Assembly (NCBI RefSeq): GCF_006345805.1
Contig: NC_043014.1
Coordinates: forward strand, 28,582,001-28,646,000
Length of the DNA stretch: 64,000 nucleotides
DNA from: Octopus sinensis
Taxonomy: Eukaryota
Direction: 5' to 3'
The stretch's first letter is position 1. The number at the start of each line of letters is the position of its first letter. The notes under the pieces were generated by a model. The model made no database searches and was not told the origin of the DNA. It saw nothing but the letters and a program-made list of their open reading frames with translations. The position numbers were made by a program, and so were the translations under genes. This document shows, one piece after another, positions 26,031 to 38,947 of the stretch.

Positions 26031-28611
26031 AGCATATTCATGTACATGTATAAACTCATCATTATATTTTCCCATATTTGTATTGCTGTTAATATGTAAA
26101 TTTATCGATGAAGGAATTTTTTTATTGCTATTGGCCCATTTGTTAATCTGCAGCCTTTTACTCCTCATCCCTAAATTGTTTACCAGTTCTATAATCAATC
26201 GATATCTGACCTCGCTTTCAACCAGTCAGAAGTCTGCAAAAGCAATTTCCAGAGAATGCATCCCACCACTAAATAAAATGGAAAACAAAATCAAGAGCAA
26301 AAACGAAAAGTGCCTGTAATTCTTCATAGAAAAGCGTATAATTAAGCGCGCGCGCATATATCTTTCTCCTCTTCTTCACTCCCCCTTCTATATATATATA
26401 TGTGTGTATATATATATACACACATAAATTATGTAATGTGTGTGTGTCTGTATGTGTTTATGTGTGCGAGTGAGGTCGCCTATATGTGTGACTGTGTGCA
26501 TGTGTGCGCGTATGTGTGTGTGTCTGTCTGTGTGTGTGTCTTTGTACACCCGAATCTATACCTATATATATATATATGGATTATGCGTATGAATGATATT
26601 CATATGCGCGCTCTTGTGAGAATGTGTTTCCGTTAAGCTTCCTGGTAGTATACTACAGCGAGTTTGTGTATTGTTTAATATAAGAATAATATTAGAATTG
26701 AACAATAGTCTCGGGTGTAGTATGCTATTTAATAAACAGGTTACATATGTAAAGTGATTTTGGAATATTTGTAAATGAATAATACACACAAACTAAAAGG
26801 AAATAAATATTAAGAAACATAATATAAAGATAGTAAAATATTTCCTCGGACAACTTTTATCCCACTCTTAAGCATTATCATTTTCATTATAAGTAACGGC
26901 TTTATTTCTATCATATTTACTATTGCAATAAGGCAAAGATAAGAATTGTCTTTCTAGGGAAGTAAATAGGGAAGTAAAGGGAGATAAGTCAACTAAACAG
27001 GATTGCGAGGTTTTTGGTGTAAAAAAAAATGCGCTGGAATGACTAAGAGTGATTTGCTTTCAATATCAGCATTAGTGTTGCTGTTATTGTTTTTTCTTGT
27101 CTCCTAGTGACAGATATGTCGGACAACAATTGAAAGACCAGAAGATATCTAAAAAAAAAAAAAGTAAAGACAGTACTGCAATAAGTTAAAAAGCATCAGC
27201 TACACAAAAGCTCATACAATGTAAAAAGTGAGGGAATCAGAGAGAAGCTGAGAAAGAGGAGAAAAAGCGAGGCATTAAGGGAGGAAACATGCGACGGGAG
27301 AAGAAAATGTGAGGAAAATCAGAGGAATGTGAAGAGAGTAAGGTTTGGGTAAAAGGAGTAATTGACTGACTAGAGAGAGTATTCTCCATGAAAAGCCAAT
27401 GTAAGGATAAAAGAAATTACACGAAGAGATACTACCAAAGAGGGAAAGCTGAAAGCAAAACCGAAAGAAGGAAATAGAGATTCAATAAAAATTTCCGAAA
27501 ATGCATGCAAAGAAGGGAAAGAGCAAGAGAGTAGCAGAGAGGAAGAAAATAGGGAGATTCTGAATAGACGCAGGAGCGAGCGGAATATTAGATAGATGGA
27601 TCGATAAAGGGAGCTGCAGAAAGAAAGAGAAAGGGAGATAGGCATAAGGCAGGCAATCAAACATAAAGATAACTGAGGCTGAGTTGATAGCTTTCGAACA
27701 TAGCGGGATTAGCTGATATAGAGAAAGATTTCAGGAGACAAAGCAGGCCGATATACAGGCTGAGCGGCAAGATAACGTAGTGTGATAGAGAAACGACGAC
27801 CGACAGATCGTTCGTTACATAGCTCCCTTGACTAGCAGACAGACAAATATGCTGGTCGGGGTGGGGCGTGCAGAGTCAGCCAGAAGATGATTATGTCTGT
27901 CTGCTATGCCAGACATTGAGATTGCTTGGTATTACGTGAGCTATGCATAGTTAGAAATATGCACGTCTGCATTGGCATGCCTACAGTTGTGCGCATGCAT
28001 GCATGCATACAAGCATACCATTGAATGACCAAAAGCATTAGCTAGCATTAACCTTGACATGCACACACATTGGCGATCATAAACCCGTGTATACTTAGAG
28101 TATTCGAGGATATTACATAGTATCACTGTTGTTACCACAAAGCTATGAAATAAATTCTCCGCATGCCAAACATACTACTTACTGACGATACATACCGAAA
28201 TATTAAGCCTCTCTTTACAATAATATTTTCGCACATGCATTTGAAAGATGCACACATACTATTAATCCTGCTCATAGACACCTTCGGATATCTAAGGGAT
28301 TTAAAAGAAGATCACTGCACATGGTCACTCATCTATGTCTATTAGCCATTTATAACACTTTGAGGTAACCGTTAGTCTATATAATTCATATTAGAAAATT
28401 TGATTATAATAGAAAATGCTTCGGTAATGCTAGAATAATAATTACCAGTGATCACAAAGTTGATGAGTGTGAAAAGAATATATGTAAAATAGTATTAAGT
28501 GAACGAATTCGAACAATTATCTGTTTTACTGGTGTTGAAATATTAATAACACAGCGACATCATTATAATACTGATACCCAGTATCAGATCAGTGTTGCCT
28601 AGGTTGCAATA

Positions 28612-29073
28612 TGGCTTCTAATTAAGGCGCAAAGCAAGGAATTTTCAAGGAATAGGTTAGTCGACACCATCGACTCCAGTAGTAGACTTCGACTTTATTT
28701 TATCAGCCACAGAAGGTGACAAGAAAAGTTGACCTGGGCAGGATTTGAACTAAGAATGAGCAGGAAGAAATACCACAACGAATTTTGCCCAATGCTCTAA
28801 CGAATCTGACAGTTCACCACCTCTATCAATGTTGAAAAATGTATTTCCTTATTGCTCACAGGGGCTAAACATAGAGAGGACAAACAAGGACAAACATAGG
28901 AATTAAGTCGATTACCTCGACCCCAGTGTGTAACAGGTACTTATTTAATCGACCTCGAAAGAATGAAAGGCAAAGTCAACCTCGGCAGAATTTGAACTCA
29001 GAACATAACGGCAAACGAAATAGCGATTAGCTTTTCGCCCGGCGTGCTAAGGATTATGCCAGCTCATCGCCCT
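28612..29073 (-). mobile_element. two adjacent Meta-like SINE copies (one old; one near full-length with the AATAAGGAAATA tail)
   Basis: Reverse complements of head, B box and central domain at about 28612-28822 and 28840-29073. Confidence 0.8.
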
Positions 29074-31274
29074 CTATGTTAAGATATTAAGTATAAAACG
29101 TTTCAAAAGTTTCAACAAGAGCAATTATAATTTTAAACAGAACAAAAATAAAACGAAATAGATATTTCCTTTTAAAATATATTGCACTCAATTTTCTATT
29201 TCTAGAAACGTCGATTAGTTTTGAATTACGCTTATAAAAATCCTGGATATAAAATTTTAAATTGTAACAATTGAGTTTAAGTTATATTATCAGTCTACAG
29301 GGAGTTTACTTTTTAACAAATAATTATTCTGAATTTGGCTATGTCGCCAGTGAAACTTCCAATGAAAGTCAAATACAATAAAAAATCATGTAAAAACGGA
29401 AGTAATGTCAACTTATCCGCAAGCAAAACATTTAACGTGTGAGTGAGTACAATTTGAATTCAAGGTTATATTATAGCACAAGGAAGCACTCCAGTTGAAA
29501 TCATCAAACTTTTAGTTTGAACTTATTGACTAAAATTACTCTTCTTTATGATTATTTGCAGCAAAATATTTAGAGAAACTAAGTTAATTTAATGTCAGAA
29601 AAATTGGCATTATGTTTGTGTTTCGATCTGTTGTTTTCGTATATCACATGGTAGAAAAATGACAGTTTGCAGAACACCGTATTGCTTGGGCGAGAAACTG
29701 CAGACAAGCATTGGCTTGAAGTTCAGATTGAACCCTTTAACGCTGTAATGCTTATCGGAATTATTTGACAATTGCAATAAAATTAAACAACTGAAGAAAA
29801 CATATTCAGAATGGAAACTTTCCTTTCGGTAATTTATTCATTACCGTTACTGAAACTGACAAAATAAAAAAAAGAAAAGTTCTTCCTATTTTAATATAAA
29901 GTCGACTGACTCAGTATCTATTTAACTGTAACTTAGTTTCAGGCGTAAACAAGAAAAGATTAAACATTTTACGCTCTAAATTTCTATGTTCCTTTACCCG
30001 TAATGTATATACTTTCCTGGGCACACTAATTGCCGTCGGTAAATTTACAACAGTAATGTTTGATTTCATAATCCAGCATTTATTATCATATTAAGGTCAT
30101 GCGTATGATCTCAACGAATAATTGGAATATAAAAATTTTACGAGCGTGTAATTATTTTCTGAGTCATTATCTTAAAAATGCCAATTCACTGTAATACATT
30201 ATACGTGCAGGCTGAAATAGCTGTTACTTTATTACTGAATGCATAGGGCTATCGCTATTCTGTTGGCGGTAATATCTCGGGCTTCAATTCTCGGTTGAAG
30301 CCACTTAACATACGTGGCTACTTTTTATGAAAACGTAGCCAAAACAATGGAATAAGAATCGAGTCCAAGGAGAACAAAAAACAACAAAAAGCTAGGTTCC
30401 AAGCAAGTTATGTCCTCGACCCGGGAGGGAGAAGGCTGCTTCTTTTAATTTACTGGACTAAGGCAATTTAGAAACGCATGAGTATCATAAATTAAAATAT
30501 GTTATTATAGATGTAAAAATATTGTACTCATGTAAAATATTCCACATGAAATGCGGGATAAATTGTCAATAATATGGTTTATGGAAAATTGTGTATTAAA
30601 TATGAAAAGATTCTATTGTTGTAAGATTGTTGTTTATGTCCAAGTATGTTCTTATCGAAGAGAGAAAACCAGCGAAACCATCCTCAACTACATTATGAAA
30701 CACACCCTTCTATTTTTAAGACACTAAGATGTGAGTTAATTCCCCATCGGTTGCTATTTCTGGCAGCTCGAGTTAACGAATCAATGATCTCTCGTAGGAA
30801 CAACGCAGTAACATTTTTGCACTGAAATGCATTCTTGTAGTACTCGACAAATATTTCAATTTTCATTTTATTTTAAAGTTTTAAATTTGGTTGCATGCAG
30901 TAGTTGTGTACGAGAATATATTCATGGGGGAGGGGGAGCGTTACGTAAAATAATATTTTGATTTAATTTAATGTCACACATTGACACCGATTTGCAACAA
31001 GTTGTGTAAACGAGAGGGTTTCAAATTCAGTTTCGTCTTTCCTGTGATGAGAAAATATTGATGTGCATACACACACACACACGCTGATAGAGAGATATTT
31101 ATGTGGGAACGATATATTTATGTCCAGTTGAATGTACAAGACTTGATTTATTTGTTCTTTTATTCGATTCTTTTATATTATTGCAGAGATTTACTTTCAA
31201 ATTCATAGACCACTCTAGTAGTAAACGATTTCCACTGACAAACAAGACAGTTTTTTGTAGAATATAAGGAAAAC

Positions 31275-31315
<41 letters not shown>

Positions 31316-31352
31316 TATATATAATATAATATAATAATATAATATAATATAA

Positions 31353-31680
31353 TATATATAATCCGTTCTGTCTGTGTGTGTGTGTGTGTCTTCTAGGATA
31401 TCGGGCATCCTCCATCCAATTGCGCTCAAATTTGATACGTAGATACTAACGGTATCAGGGCGTGTATAAGTCTTGAAAAAATTACAAAAATCGATTCCAG
31501 GTGAGAAAGAAGTCGATAAAGCTGTGGGAAAGTGCATTTGTAAAATCGTTTTTCTTGGAATAGAAAAAAGTCTATCTTTATTTCTTCTTTTGCTGGTGTC
31601 TCAAATTTAGGTTAATTCAGTGTTTCTCAAAGGGATGCCTATGGGACGGTCGGACAAATTGTTTTGAGAAAATTTGGCTT

Positions 31681-31684
<4 letters not shown>
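31353..31684 (+). mobile_element. non-autonomous Helitron-like element, 3'-truncated copy
   Basis: Colinear with 43590-43956 (opposite strand): TATAATCCGTTCTG(TG)nTCTTCTAGGAT..CAAATTTGATA.GTAGAT..GGGACGGTCGGACAA. Confidence 0.7.
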
Positions 31685-31721
<37 letters not shown>

Positions 31722-31728
31722 TATATAT

Positions 31729-31844
31729 GGCCTGCTCGCTTAGCCAGCGGGGTGGCGTCATTCAAAGGCTAAAACAATGCGAACGCATTGTGACCAGCGA
31801 TGTGTAACAACATCTGATGGTCTGGTCGGTCACGTGATCACGTG

Positions 31845-31847
<3 letters not shown>
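31729..31847 (+). repeat. interspersed repeat fragment ending CACGTGATCACGTGA(TA)n, probably a SINE 3' tail
   Basis: GC-rich 120-bp island between (TA)n tracts. I recall it as an alternative tail of the family at 33451, but this cannot be verified within the window. Confidence 0.45.
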
Positions 31848-31877
<30 letters not shown>

Positions 31878-32244
31878 CATGCACATACATACAAACATAT
31901 ATATATACACATATAGAAAGAGGGGGGGTATATAATATCCAGGCTGGTACCAAATTTCTCTGATGGTGCGATTTTTGGTAATCATCATTTAGCTTCCATC
32001 CGATGTTCCAGTTTGTTTCTTGGCCTCTTCGAGTGTAAATTTGAATATTCAAACTTCATGTTTATTTCTAGTTAGTTTATTAACAATAATGTTTCGACTA
32101 TGATTATGAATAAACTAAACAGAAATAAACATACAGTTTGAATTTTCAAATTCTTCCTTCACCTCATTCTCCTTCTGATCAATAACTATCCGGACTTTTG
32201 CTATAGTAACGAAGCTAAAGCACGTAGAGTGAAGTCGCTCGGCA

Positions 32245-32370
32245 CAGATTGGCCTTAAACTCTGCTGTGCATGCGCACTAAGTTTTACCGTTTTAGCTTA
32301 CTTCCGCTATCGGAAAAATGCTATGAAAATCCTTAGATGGCTGGGTAACTGAAGAGATGGCGGCGTGGAT
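32245..32370. promoter_or_regulatory. CpG-rich cluster of CCAAT, NRF1-like, ETS and YY1-like motifs
   Basis: ATTGG 32248-52; GTGCATGCGCAC 32267-78; ACTTCCG 32300-06; AGATGGCGGCG 32355-65. Confidence 0.4.
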
Positions 32371-32497
32371 TTCCACCCCGGCATCCGAAACTCGGAGTTT
32401 TATCATGGTTCCCGAATAATTGTCATATATTACATTTACACATAAATTCCTCTATTCACATAATATCGAGGTCTCTTATATATATATTACTTATATA

Positions 32498-32592
32498 CAG
32501 TCAAGTATATGTCCGGCCATAGAGTGACCACTGATTTCGCATCCATGGATGAGTCGGATGTGAAACCATTGGACCGGACATATACTTAATTG
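32498..32592. mobile_element. 95-bp fold-back MITE, Tc1/mariner-type ends
   Basis: TA-CAGTCAAGTATATGTCCGG ... CCGGACATATACTTAATTG; core 13 nt AGTATATGTCCGG perfectly inverted; inner TTTCGCATCC/GGATGTGAAA also inverted. Confidence 0.65.
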
Positions 32593-32689
32593 CATATAAA
32601 TACATTACTGCTCTATGCCTTAGAGTGTGCTTTATCGCATATATGATACACTGACAGTATGTGTATATATATATCATGTAATACATACA

Positions 32690-33420
32690 AGTACTTACAA
32701 AGCTATAGCTCTTCCATGTACCAGGTGTACACTCTAATCTCTTTCAAATTAGGATCCTCTGGTTCTATGTACTTGTAGTGCTCGAACCACTTCTTTAAGG
32801 CCTCACCCTGACGGTCCTCTGAAGTGAAGAGTTTGTCATAACTTCTTTCATCTTTTCGATATCTTCAAAACGACTGCCCCTGAGGTTCACCTTCAGTTTG
32901 GGAACTTTAGAGAGTGTGAGAGACTGTTTTGATGCCCATTTCTATCTAGTAGTTCGTTATCAGGATGGAGTTGTGGACTGTTGCCTTGTTCTGGTGCAGG
33001 TGCTCTGGTCTTTTGCGATGAAATTTCTTCCTGAACTCCTTCAAACCTCCACAAAATACTCTTTGTCTGGCCAAAGGGAAAGCAGTGAATGTAAATGATA
33101 CTCTTGCTGCCGAAAAAGAGAATTATCAGGAGGTTGCCACTTGGTGGACTTGCTTTGCCTGGCCTCCTCTGCTCGTGAAAATATTATGCTTGGTTTATAC
33201 AAGTTAATCCATAAGCAATCTGGAGCATTTCATAAGTTTCAGTAAAGTTTTCCCAAGTTTAACACAAAACTTAATTGCATAATGAGTTTCCATTTTGTCT
33301 TCACCTGCTGTGAGCCTTCTGCAGACTAGTCAGCTGTGACAAGCAGCGTTTAGTCGGATGTGTTCAAAGTACTATTACAGGCGCATTTTCTTTCAGTTTG
33401 GAATAACTAAAAGTTGACAC
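32690..33420 (-). mobile_element. internally deleted mariner relic
   Basis: METHYAIKFCVKLGK..ETYEMLQIAYG (N-terminal HTH) and FPKLKVNLRGSRFEDIEKMKEV (C-terminus). Confidence 0.75.
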
Positions 33421-33450
33421 ATCAGCTTATTAGATGTATAGTAATGATAT

Positions 33451-33754
33451 TTATTTATGTGTCCTTTGCAAGCCTATCCAGGCTCATGTGCCCGGTTTCC
33501 GTGGCGTATGTGTACCCCACAGCTGGACGGGACGCCAGTCCATCGCAGCGTTACCCAAGAAACAGGAAGAAAGAGTGAGAGAAAGTTGGGGCGAAAGAGT
33601 ACACCAGGGGTATGCATCCACCCCCTGCCGGAGCCTCGTGGAGCTTTAGGTGTTTTCGCTCAATAAACACACACAACGCCCGGTCTGGGAACCGAAACCG
33701 CGATCCTCCGACCGTGAGTCCACTGCCCTAACCACTGGGCCATTGCACCTCTAC
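33451..33754 (-). mobile_element. full-length tRNA(Arg)-like SINE with perfect 13-bp TSD
   Basis: Head GAGGTGCAATGGCCCAGTGGTTAGGGCAGTGGACTCACGGTCGG; 3' CTGCGATGGACTGGCGTCCCGTCCAG; TSD ATAGTAATGATAT at 33438 and 33755. Confidence 0.9.
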
Positions 33755-33872
33755 ATAGTAATGATATACTAAAATTATAATAATTTAGAACAATTATAAT
33801 GGAATGCTCCATGTATAATTTGATTTTGTTTCGAGAATGTTCTGTATTACAACAATATAAACATAATACCGG

Positions 33873-34126
33873 CATGCCAGGTTTAAGCCAAATGGACTGA
33901 TTTGTTCAAATTGGGCTCTGTGCCAAGAGAGGAACCCGCGCGCACACTCAAGCGGAGGACGCTATGATAAATTTCTACTATATAATTTTGGCTAATAGTG
34001 AAAGCTCAAGTCCTCAACAATTTTTGGCTGGGACTGGTACACTACACGAAGCATAAAGCAGCAATCTTCGAAGGGCCTCACTAACAATTCGTTAATTGGG
34101 CCCAGCACTTCTTAGCGCGGGCACTG
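33873..34126. mobile_element. degenerate hAT-type MITE candidate
   Basis: 8-bp near-TSD AATACCGG (33865) / TATACCGG (34127); subterminal AATTGGGC motifs; ends CATGCC../..GGGCACTG. Confidence 0.45.
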
Positions 34127-34311
34127 TATACCGGTGTGTACTAATATATTTAAATGTACTGGGGGACAGCATAATCTTTACTAGCACGGTGTAAAAGAAC
34201 AGTTTAAGCATGTATAGCTGTATGTACATACACTATACATATATGTGCACACAGACAGACACACATACACACAATCGCACAGGCACACACACATATTCAT
34301 CTCTCTCTCTC

Positions 34312-34363
<52 letters not shown>

Positions 34364-34870
34364 GTGTGTGTGTATATAGTCATTTAATTTATCATCACTT
34401 CGTTATAGCGCCAGTGTAAAATGCTTGCAAAATAAAAATGCGAATTCGCATATTGAACTTTTTTTTTAATATTATTTTTCGTTTCTGTCTTTCGTGACTA
34501 ACAATAAATAAATAGATAAATAAGTTAATAAATAGATAAATAAATAACTAAATTAGGTAAATAAAAAAGAACAATGATGAATAAAGTTGTTATTCAATTT
34601 CATATATTTCGTGATTTTCACTTACGATACAATCTCCATACGTCTTCCGTGAACTTCATAGAGTTGTCACTTTTTTAAGCTGCACCAAATAAAATACGAA
34701 ATAAACAATTAAACCTAAAGTACCAAATTATATTTTTACATATACAAATTAATATACTTCTGCAGCGGAATCTGCTTGTTGTTTCTTATGTTAACTGAGC
34801 GAAAAAAATTTCCCTTCCGATTTTCCTTTTCACTGGCCATTTTTCTACGATATCATATAAAAAAATAATA

Positions 34871-35072
34871 ATGGTTTCAAATTGTGGCACAAGGCTACCA
34901 ATATTGGGTGAGGGGGTAAGTTGATTACATCGACTTCAGTGTCCAGCTGGTATTTATTTATGGACCCGAAAGGGTGAAAGCAAAGTTGACCTCGGCGGAT
35001 TTTGAACTCAGAACGTAAAGCCAGACGAAATGCCGCTAAGCATTTTACCCGGCATGCTAACAATTGTACCAG
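34871..35072 (-). mobile_element. Meta-like SINE
   Basis: Reverse complement of head, B box, central domain and GTGCCACAATTTGAAACCAT tail. Confidence 0.85.
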
Positions 35073-35289
35073 AAATAAATAACTCTAAGTAAAAATAGAG
35101 GGAAGAAATTGTATAAATTAAAATGAAGCGGACAGATTAAAAACTATTCAGCTTTTTCTATAGTTTGGTGTTGAACTTGGTCGTGTAGTAAGCAATCCTT
35201 ACAATTTTCAATTTGCAAATTTTTCCATTTGATTTATCCCTGTCGCAATGACAGCTAAACATAGCCTATGCGTCATTGCTTTTTGGCAC

Positions 35290-36265
35290 AAAAGAAAATC
35301 AAAATAAATGAATGATGTGGTATTAAACACTAAATTTAAAATATTGCTGAATTTCGATGATGGACAGCAAGCTATGGATTGTTAAAGGGTTCTCGATCTT
35401 TGTCGACCAATTCGTAATAACACCATAAACATTAGATCTTTGGTTCAAAGTGTACCATCTTTAGCTGCTTCAAAATTAAGTTGGATTAGAACAAGCATAA
35501 TGGAAAGTATCGAAAAAAGTTGTAAACATAAGGACAAACGAAATGCATCAGCGTAAATTTCCATTAAGAAAAGTTTCAAGTTTATTTCTTGACCTTAGGA
35601 TAGCATAGGGGTTTAATACTAAGACTGAAAATATTGAGCCTAGTCGCTATTGGATGGAACGAGACAAGAGTCCCTCAAAATTGTCATCGCATTCAGATAA
35701 TTGTCGAATCTTCAAAGCTGCAGCTACTTTTCCAATTCTACTGAAAAATATTATTGACGAAGGATATACACTGCAGTAATTTTTTATATAGACGAGACAG
35801 GCCTGTTTCGAAAACGAAAACCAAAATGAAGTTATAGAAATATCTGCACCCGGTTTCAAATCTGCCAAGAGGAGTATGATTATCTTACATGGGGATAATG
35901 CTTTAGATCTAAAATTGAAGCCACTGGTTCATTCTTATTCTGAGACACCAGTAGCTATGAGCGGATACCCTAAATCTAATCTTACTGTTATATGTCAACG
36001 CAAGCGGATGATTCATCGTATTTGAAGATAGTTCACCTCTTGTTCCTACCCAGCTATGAAAAAATACAGTCTGACTATGAATTTGGAAAATAAAGCTTCA
36101 TTTCTTGTGAACAATGACATAGGGTAACGATGAAATCTGATCGAACTGGGAGATAATGTTCAAGTAGCCTTCTCTGCTTCAATCTATGAGCCAATCTATG
36201 AACCAGGAAAGTTATTATTATATTGAAAACTTACTATTTACGGCTCTATCAACGGCGTTAAATGG
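35290..36265 (+). mobile_element. Tigger/pogo (DDE_1) transposase relic
   Basis: AAATFPILLKNIIDEGY, IDETGLF, APGFKSAK, KLKPLVH, ENKASFLVNN, PMNQ: colinear with Tigger motifs (DETGLFWK, APGFK, LLLDN, PMDQ). Confidence 0.8.
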
Positions 36266-36332
36266 TGAAATGACCGCATGTACATAGGGAAAGTGATATA
36301 TATATATATATTATATATATATATATTATATA

Positions 36333-36405
<73 letters not shown>

Positions 36406-36430
36406 TAAATAGATAGATAGATAGATAGAT

Positions 36431-36832
36431 ATTTTCTTTATTAGCCACACAGGGATGAGCACAGAGGGGATAAATTACAAAGTAGAGCTTTTCTTTTGGG
36501 GGAGAAAAAAAAAGTGGGGTAGGTTTTCGATCAAAAGGGATGGTAAAAAAGAAAGAAAAACACATCAATGGGGATCGTGTATCACAGAAATGTCATAATG
36601 TAAAGTGTTAAGGGGGAAACAGATAAGGTTTATCTTTGGAAAGAAAAGCCTACGGAAAAGACCACGGTAACCTCGGTCAGTAATGTCATATGTTAACACA
36701 TTTATTTGCAAGTAAGTAACTCTCTGTCTTAAATTTTTCCGGGTTCATAGGGTCATGCTCAAGGTGGCTTCGTCAGTCATACGTGCCATCCTTGCAACAT
36801 TCACCCATCTTTTTTTCTTTTTTTGAAACATT
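36431..36832 (-). mobile_element. LINE 3' end (ORF2 C-terminus + 3'UTR), L1/Tx1-like by inference
   Basis: Minus strand encodes RWVNVARMARMTDEATLSMTL*, then about 310 nt of UTR ending GTGGCTAATAAAGAAAAT with an AATAAA signal. Clade assignment is from memory of octopus LINE ORF2 ends. Confidence 0.55.
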
Positions 36833-38202
36833 CGCATTCCACCAGCTCCTAACTGAACGAAGTTCCTTACCAGGAGCTATTATACTTTCTCTAATTTCCT
36901 CTTTATCTTAACTTACAGTGAAACAATTTCGCCATTCATTACTATCTTACTGACAGTTTAGAATACTTTCTCACCTTAAATTCATTAACTTTTGCCAACT
37001 CATTTCCATTCTTTTATACTCTATAGAAGTTTACTTAAATCCCAGACAATAAAAGTAATATTTAGAAAAATATATTCTACCTTATTTTAAGCCAACCGAA
37101 CTAAAATAACTCATCCCTAATAATCAGTTAATATCACTATAAGTAATGAGTTATGTCCCTTATCTGAATATCCAATCATGTTATGGCAGAACGTGTGACA
37201 GTTCTTGTAATAACATTTCATAGCAATATATCTCAAAGCTGCTTCGAACGGTTATATATGATCGTCTTTAGAGTTTTACTCGGAAATGAAATTTCAAGTG
37301 ACGATGTTTAGTTACTAAAAGAATAGGTGAGTGTGTATAAATATATACGTGTGTCTATGTGTGTACACATTAATTGTCTAGAACAACCTGTTCAGGTCTT
37401 TGCCCCATTTATTTATTGCTTCATTAGGCGAAGCTTTAAATTTAGGAATGATTTATGATATTATTTATCTACAAGGAGATCTCTCTCTCGCTCTCCCACT
37501 CTCTCTGTTTCTCTCTGTCTGTCTCTCTCTGTCTGCCTGTCTGTCTGTCTGTCTCTCTCTCAGTATATATAGCTGACGTCATATTTATCATAATAATGCC
37601 ACTGTTTATTCTCTAAGCCAAGCTCAACTGATAACATCCAAATCTGCTGTCATACTCCATTATGATAGGATAGCTGCTTTATGTCTGATTGTAAGATTCA
37701 GCAGTGGGTATTGGAATTTGCACAGAGCTTTGCTAGTATTCCACTTCCAATAATGTAAAAAAAAAAAGAAAGAAAAATGAAAAATAAGAGTAAAATCAAG
37801 AACATACGAAGTTTAGTTACTTGATTAACTATATCTCAATATCTGATCCATATCCCAATAACAATAGCGCACCTTAGAAGTATGTGAAAAATGTCTGTGC
37901 ATGTAGAACAAGTAAGCTTAATAAAGCTTATTTCTCTCTTCAGCTTATAAACACGGGAGGTGTTGAACTAAGCTCTGCAAACTAATAAAATATTCGGATA
38001 GTATATCCTAAAACTTTACAAAGCAAAGTAATATAATTCGATTTCTATAAAGTTGGTTATGTTACAGAGGCTGTGTGAGGCAATGTCTACCTGGATCGTT
38101 ATGCTCCTTTAAGAACTTAAGTTACTTTCTGATCATTCATTCCATGATTTAGCTCATATTAAAAGTCAAAACGATAGACTGGCAATATTTAATATCTTCT
38201 CT

Positions 38203-38377
38203 AAGGCAGAATCGTTAGCATGTCCGTCTTTACGTTCTGAGTTCAAATTCCGCCGAGGTTAATTTTGACTTTCATCCTTTTCGGGTCGATAAAGTAAGTG
38301 CCACTTGAGTACTGGGGAGGATGTAATCGATATAGTTCCTCCCCAAAAATTGCTGGTCTTGTGCTAAATTTTGAAAC
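38203..38377 (+). mobile_element. Meta-like SINE with 20-bp TSD (1 mismatch)
   Basis: CAATATTTAATA(T/C)CTTCTCT at 38183 and 38378. Confidence 0.9.
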
Positions 38378-38947
38378 CAATATTTAATACCTTCTCTGCT
38401 TCTTTCTTTATGGTTCGGTATATTAAACATTTTTTTTAGATGGTAATTCCTTTCTTGGCCATAATAATTTCTTTATTACACTTGTTATTACTTTATTAAA
38501 GTATGCTGTCTTTGTCTTCATGTTCTAAGTGTCTTCGCTGTCAATTTTTTCCATTATCATTATCACAAAACACTACATATGGACCTGCGGAATTTGTGGA
38601 AATAATTGAAACTTCATAGAGCGTATTTTCATTTGTAGTGCTTTCACAAATTTTCTTAAAACTCTCCGATAAGTATTGAAAGTAGCATATGGGCTATTTC
38701 GCTTTTCTTCTTTTGAACTTGTGCTGTGGAGCCTTGAAATCTATTGCTCTTCCGCGCTTCTAATATGGATTAGACAACTGAAGACTGCAGCATAATGATC
38801 CATACACGGTAAAAATATCATGAACTATTTTCTCTTGGAAACTCTAATCGACATTAGTTTTAGATTTAAAATTCACTTGGATATTGCAAGATAATTATAT
38901 GCATGGCTGGAGAATGAAATTTATACTTCAAAGATTATTTTGAAAAT

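Noticed and set aside
33680-33754. Possible tRNA-Arg gene (also SINE heads at 40440-40511 and 57920-57987)
   Set aside because: A/B boxes are present, but the acceptor stem is not closed and the sequence continues into a SINE body bounded by a TSD.
38585-38693. FN3-like pattern NTLYEVSIISTNSAG on the minus strand
   Set aside because: The frame is closed upstream by TAG in purine-rich sequence with no usable acceptor, the donor is weak, and the N-terminal FN3 strands are missing.
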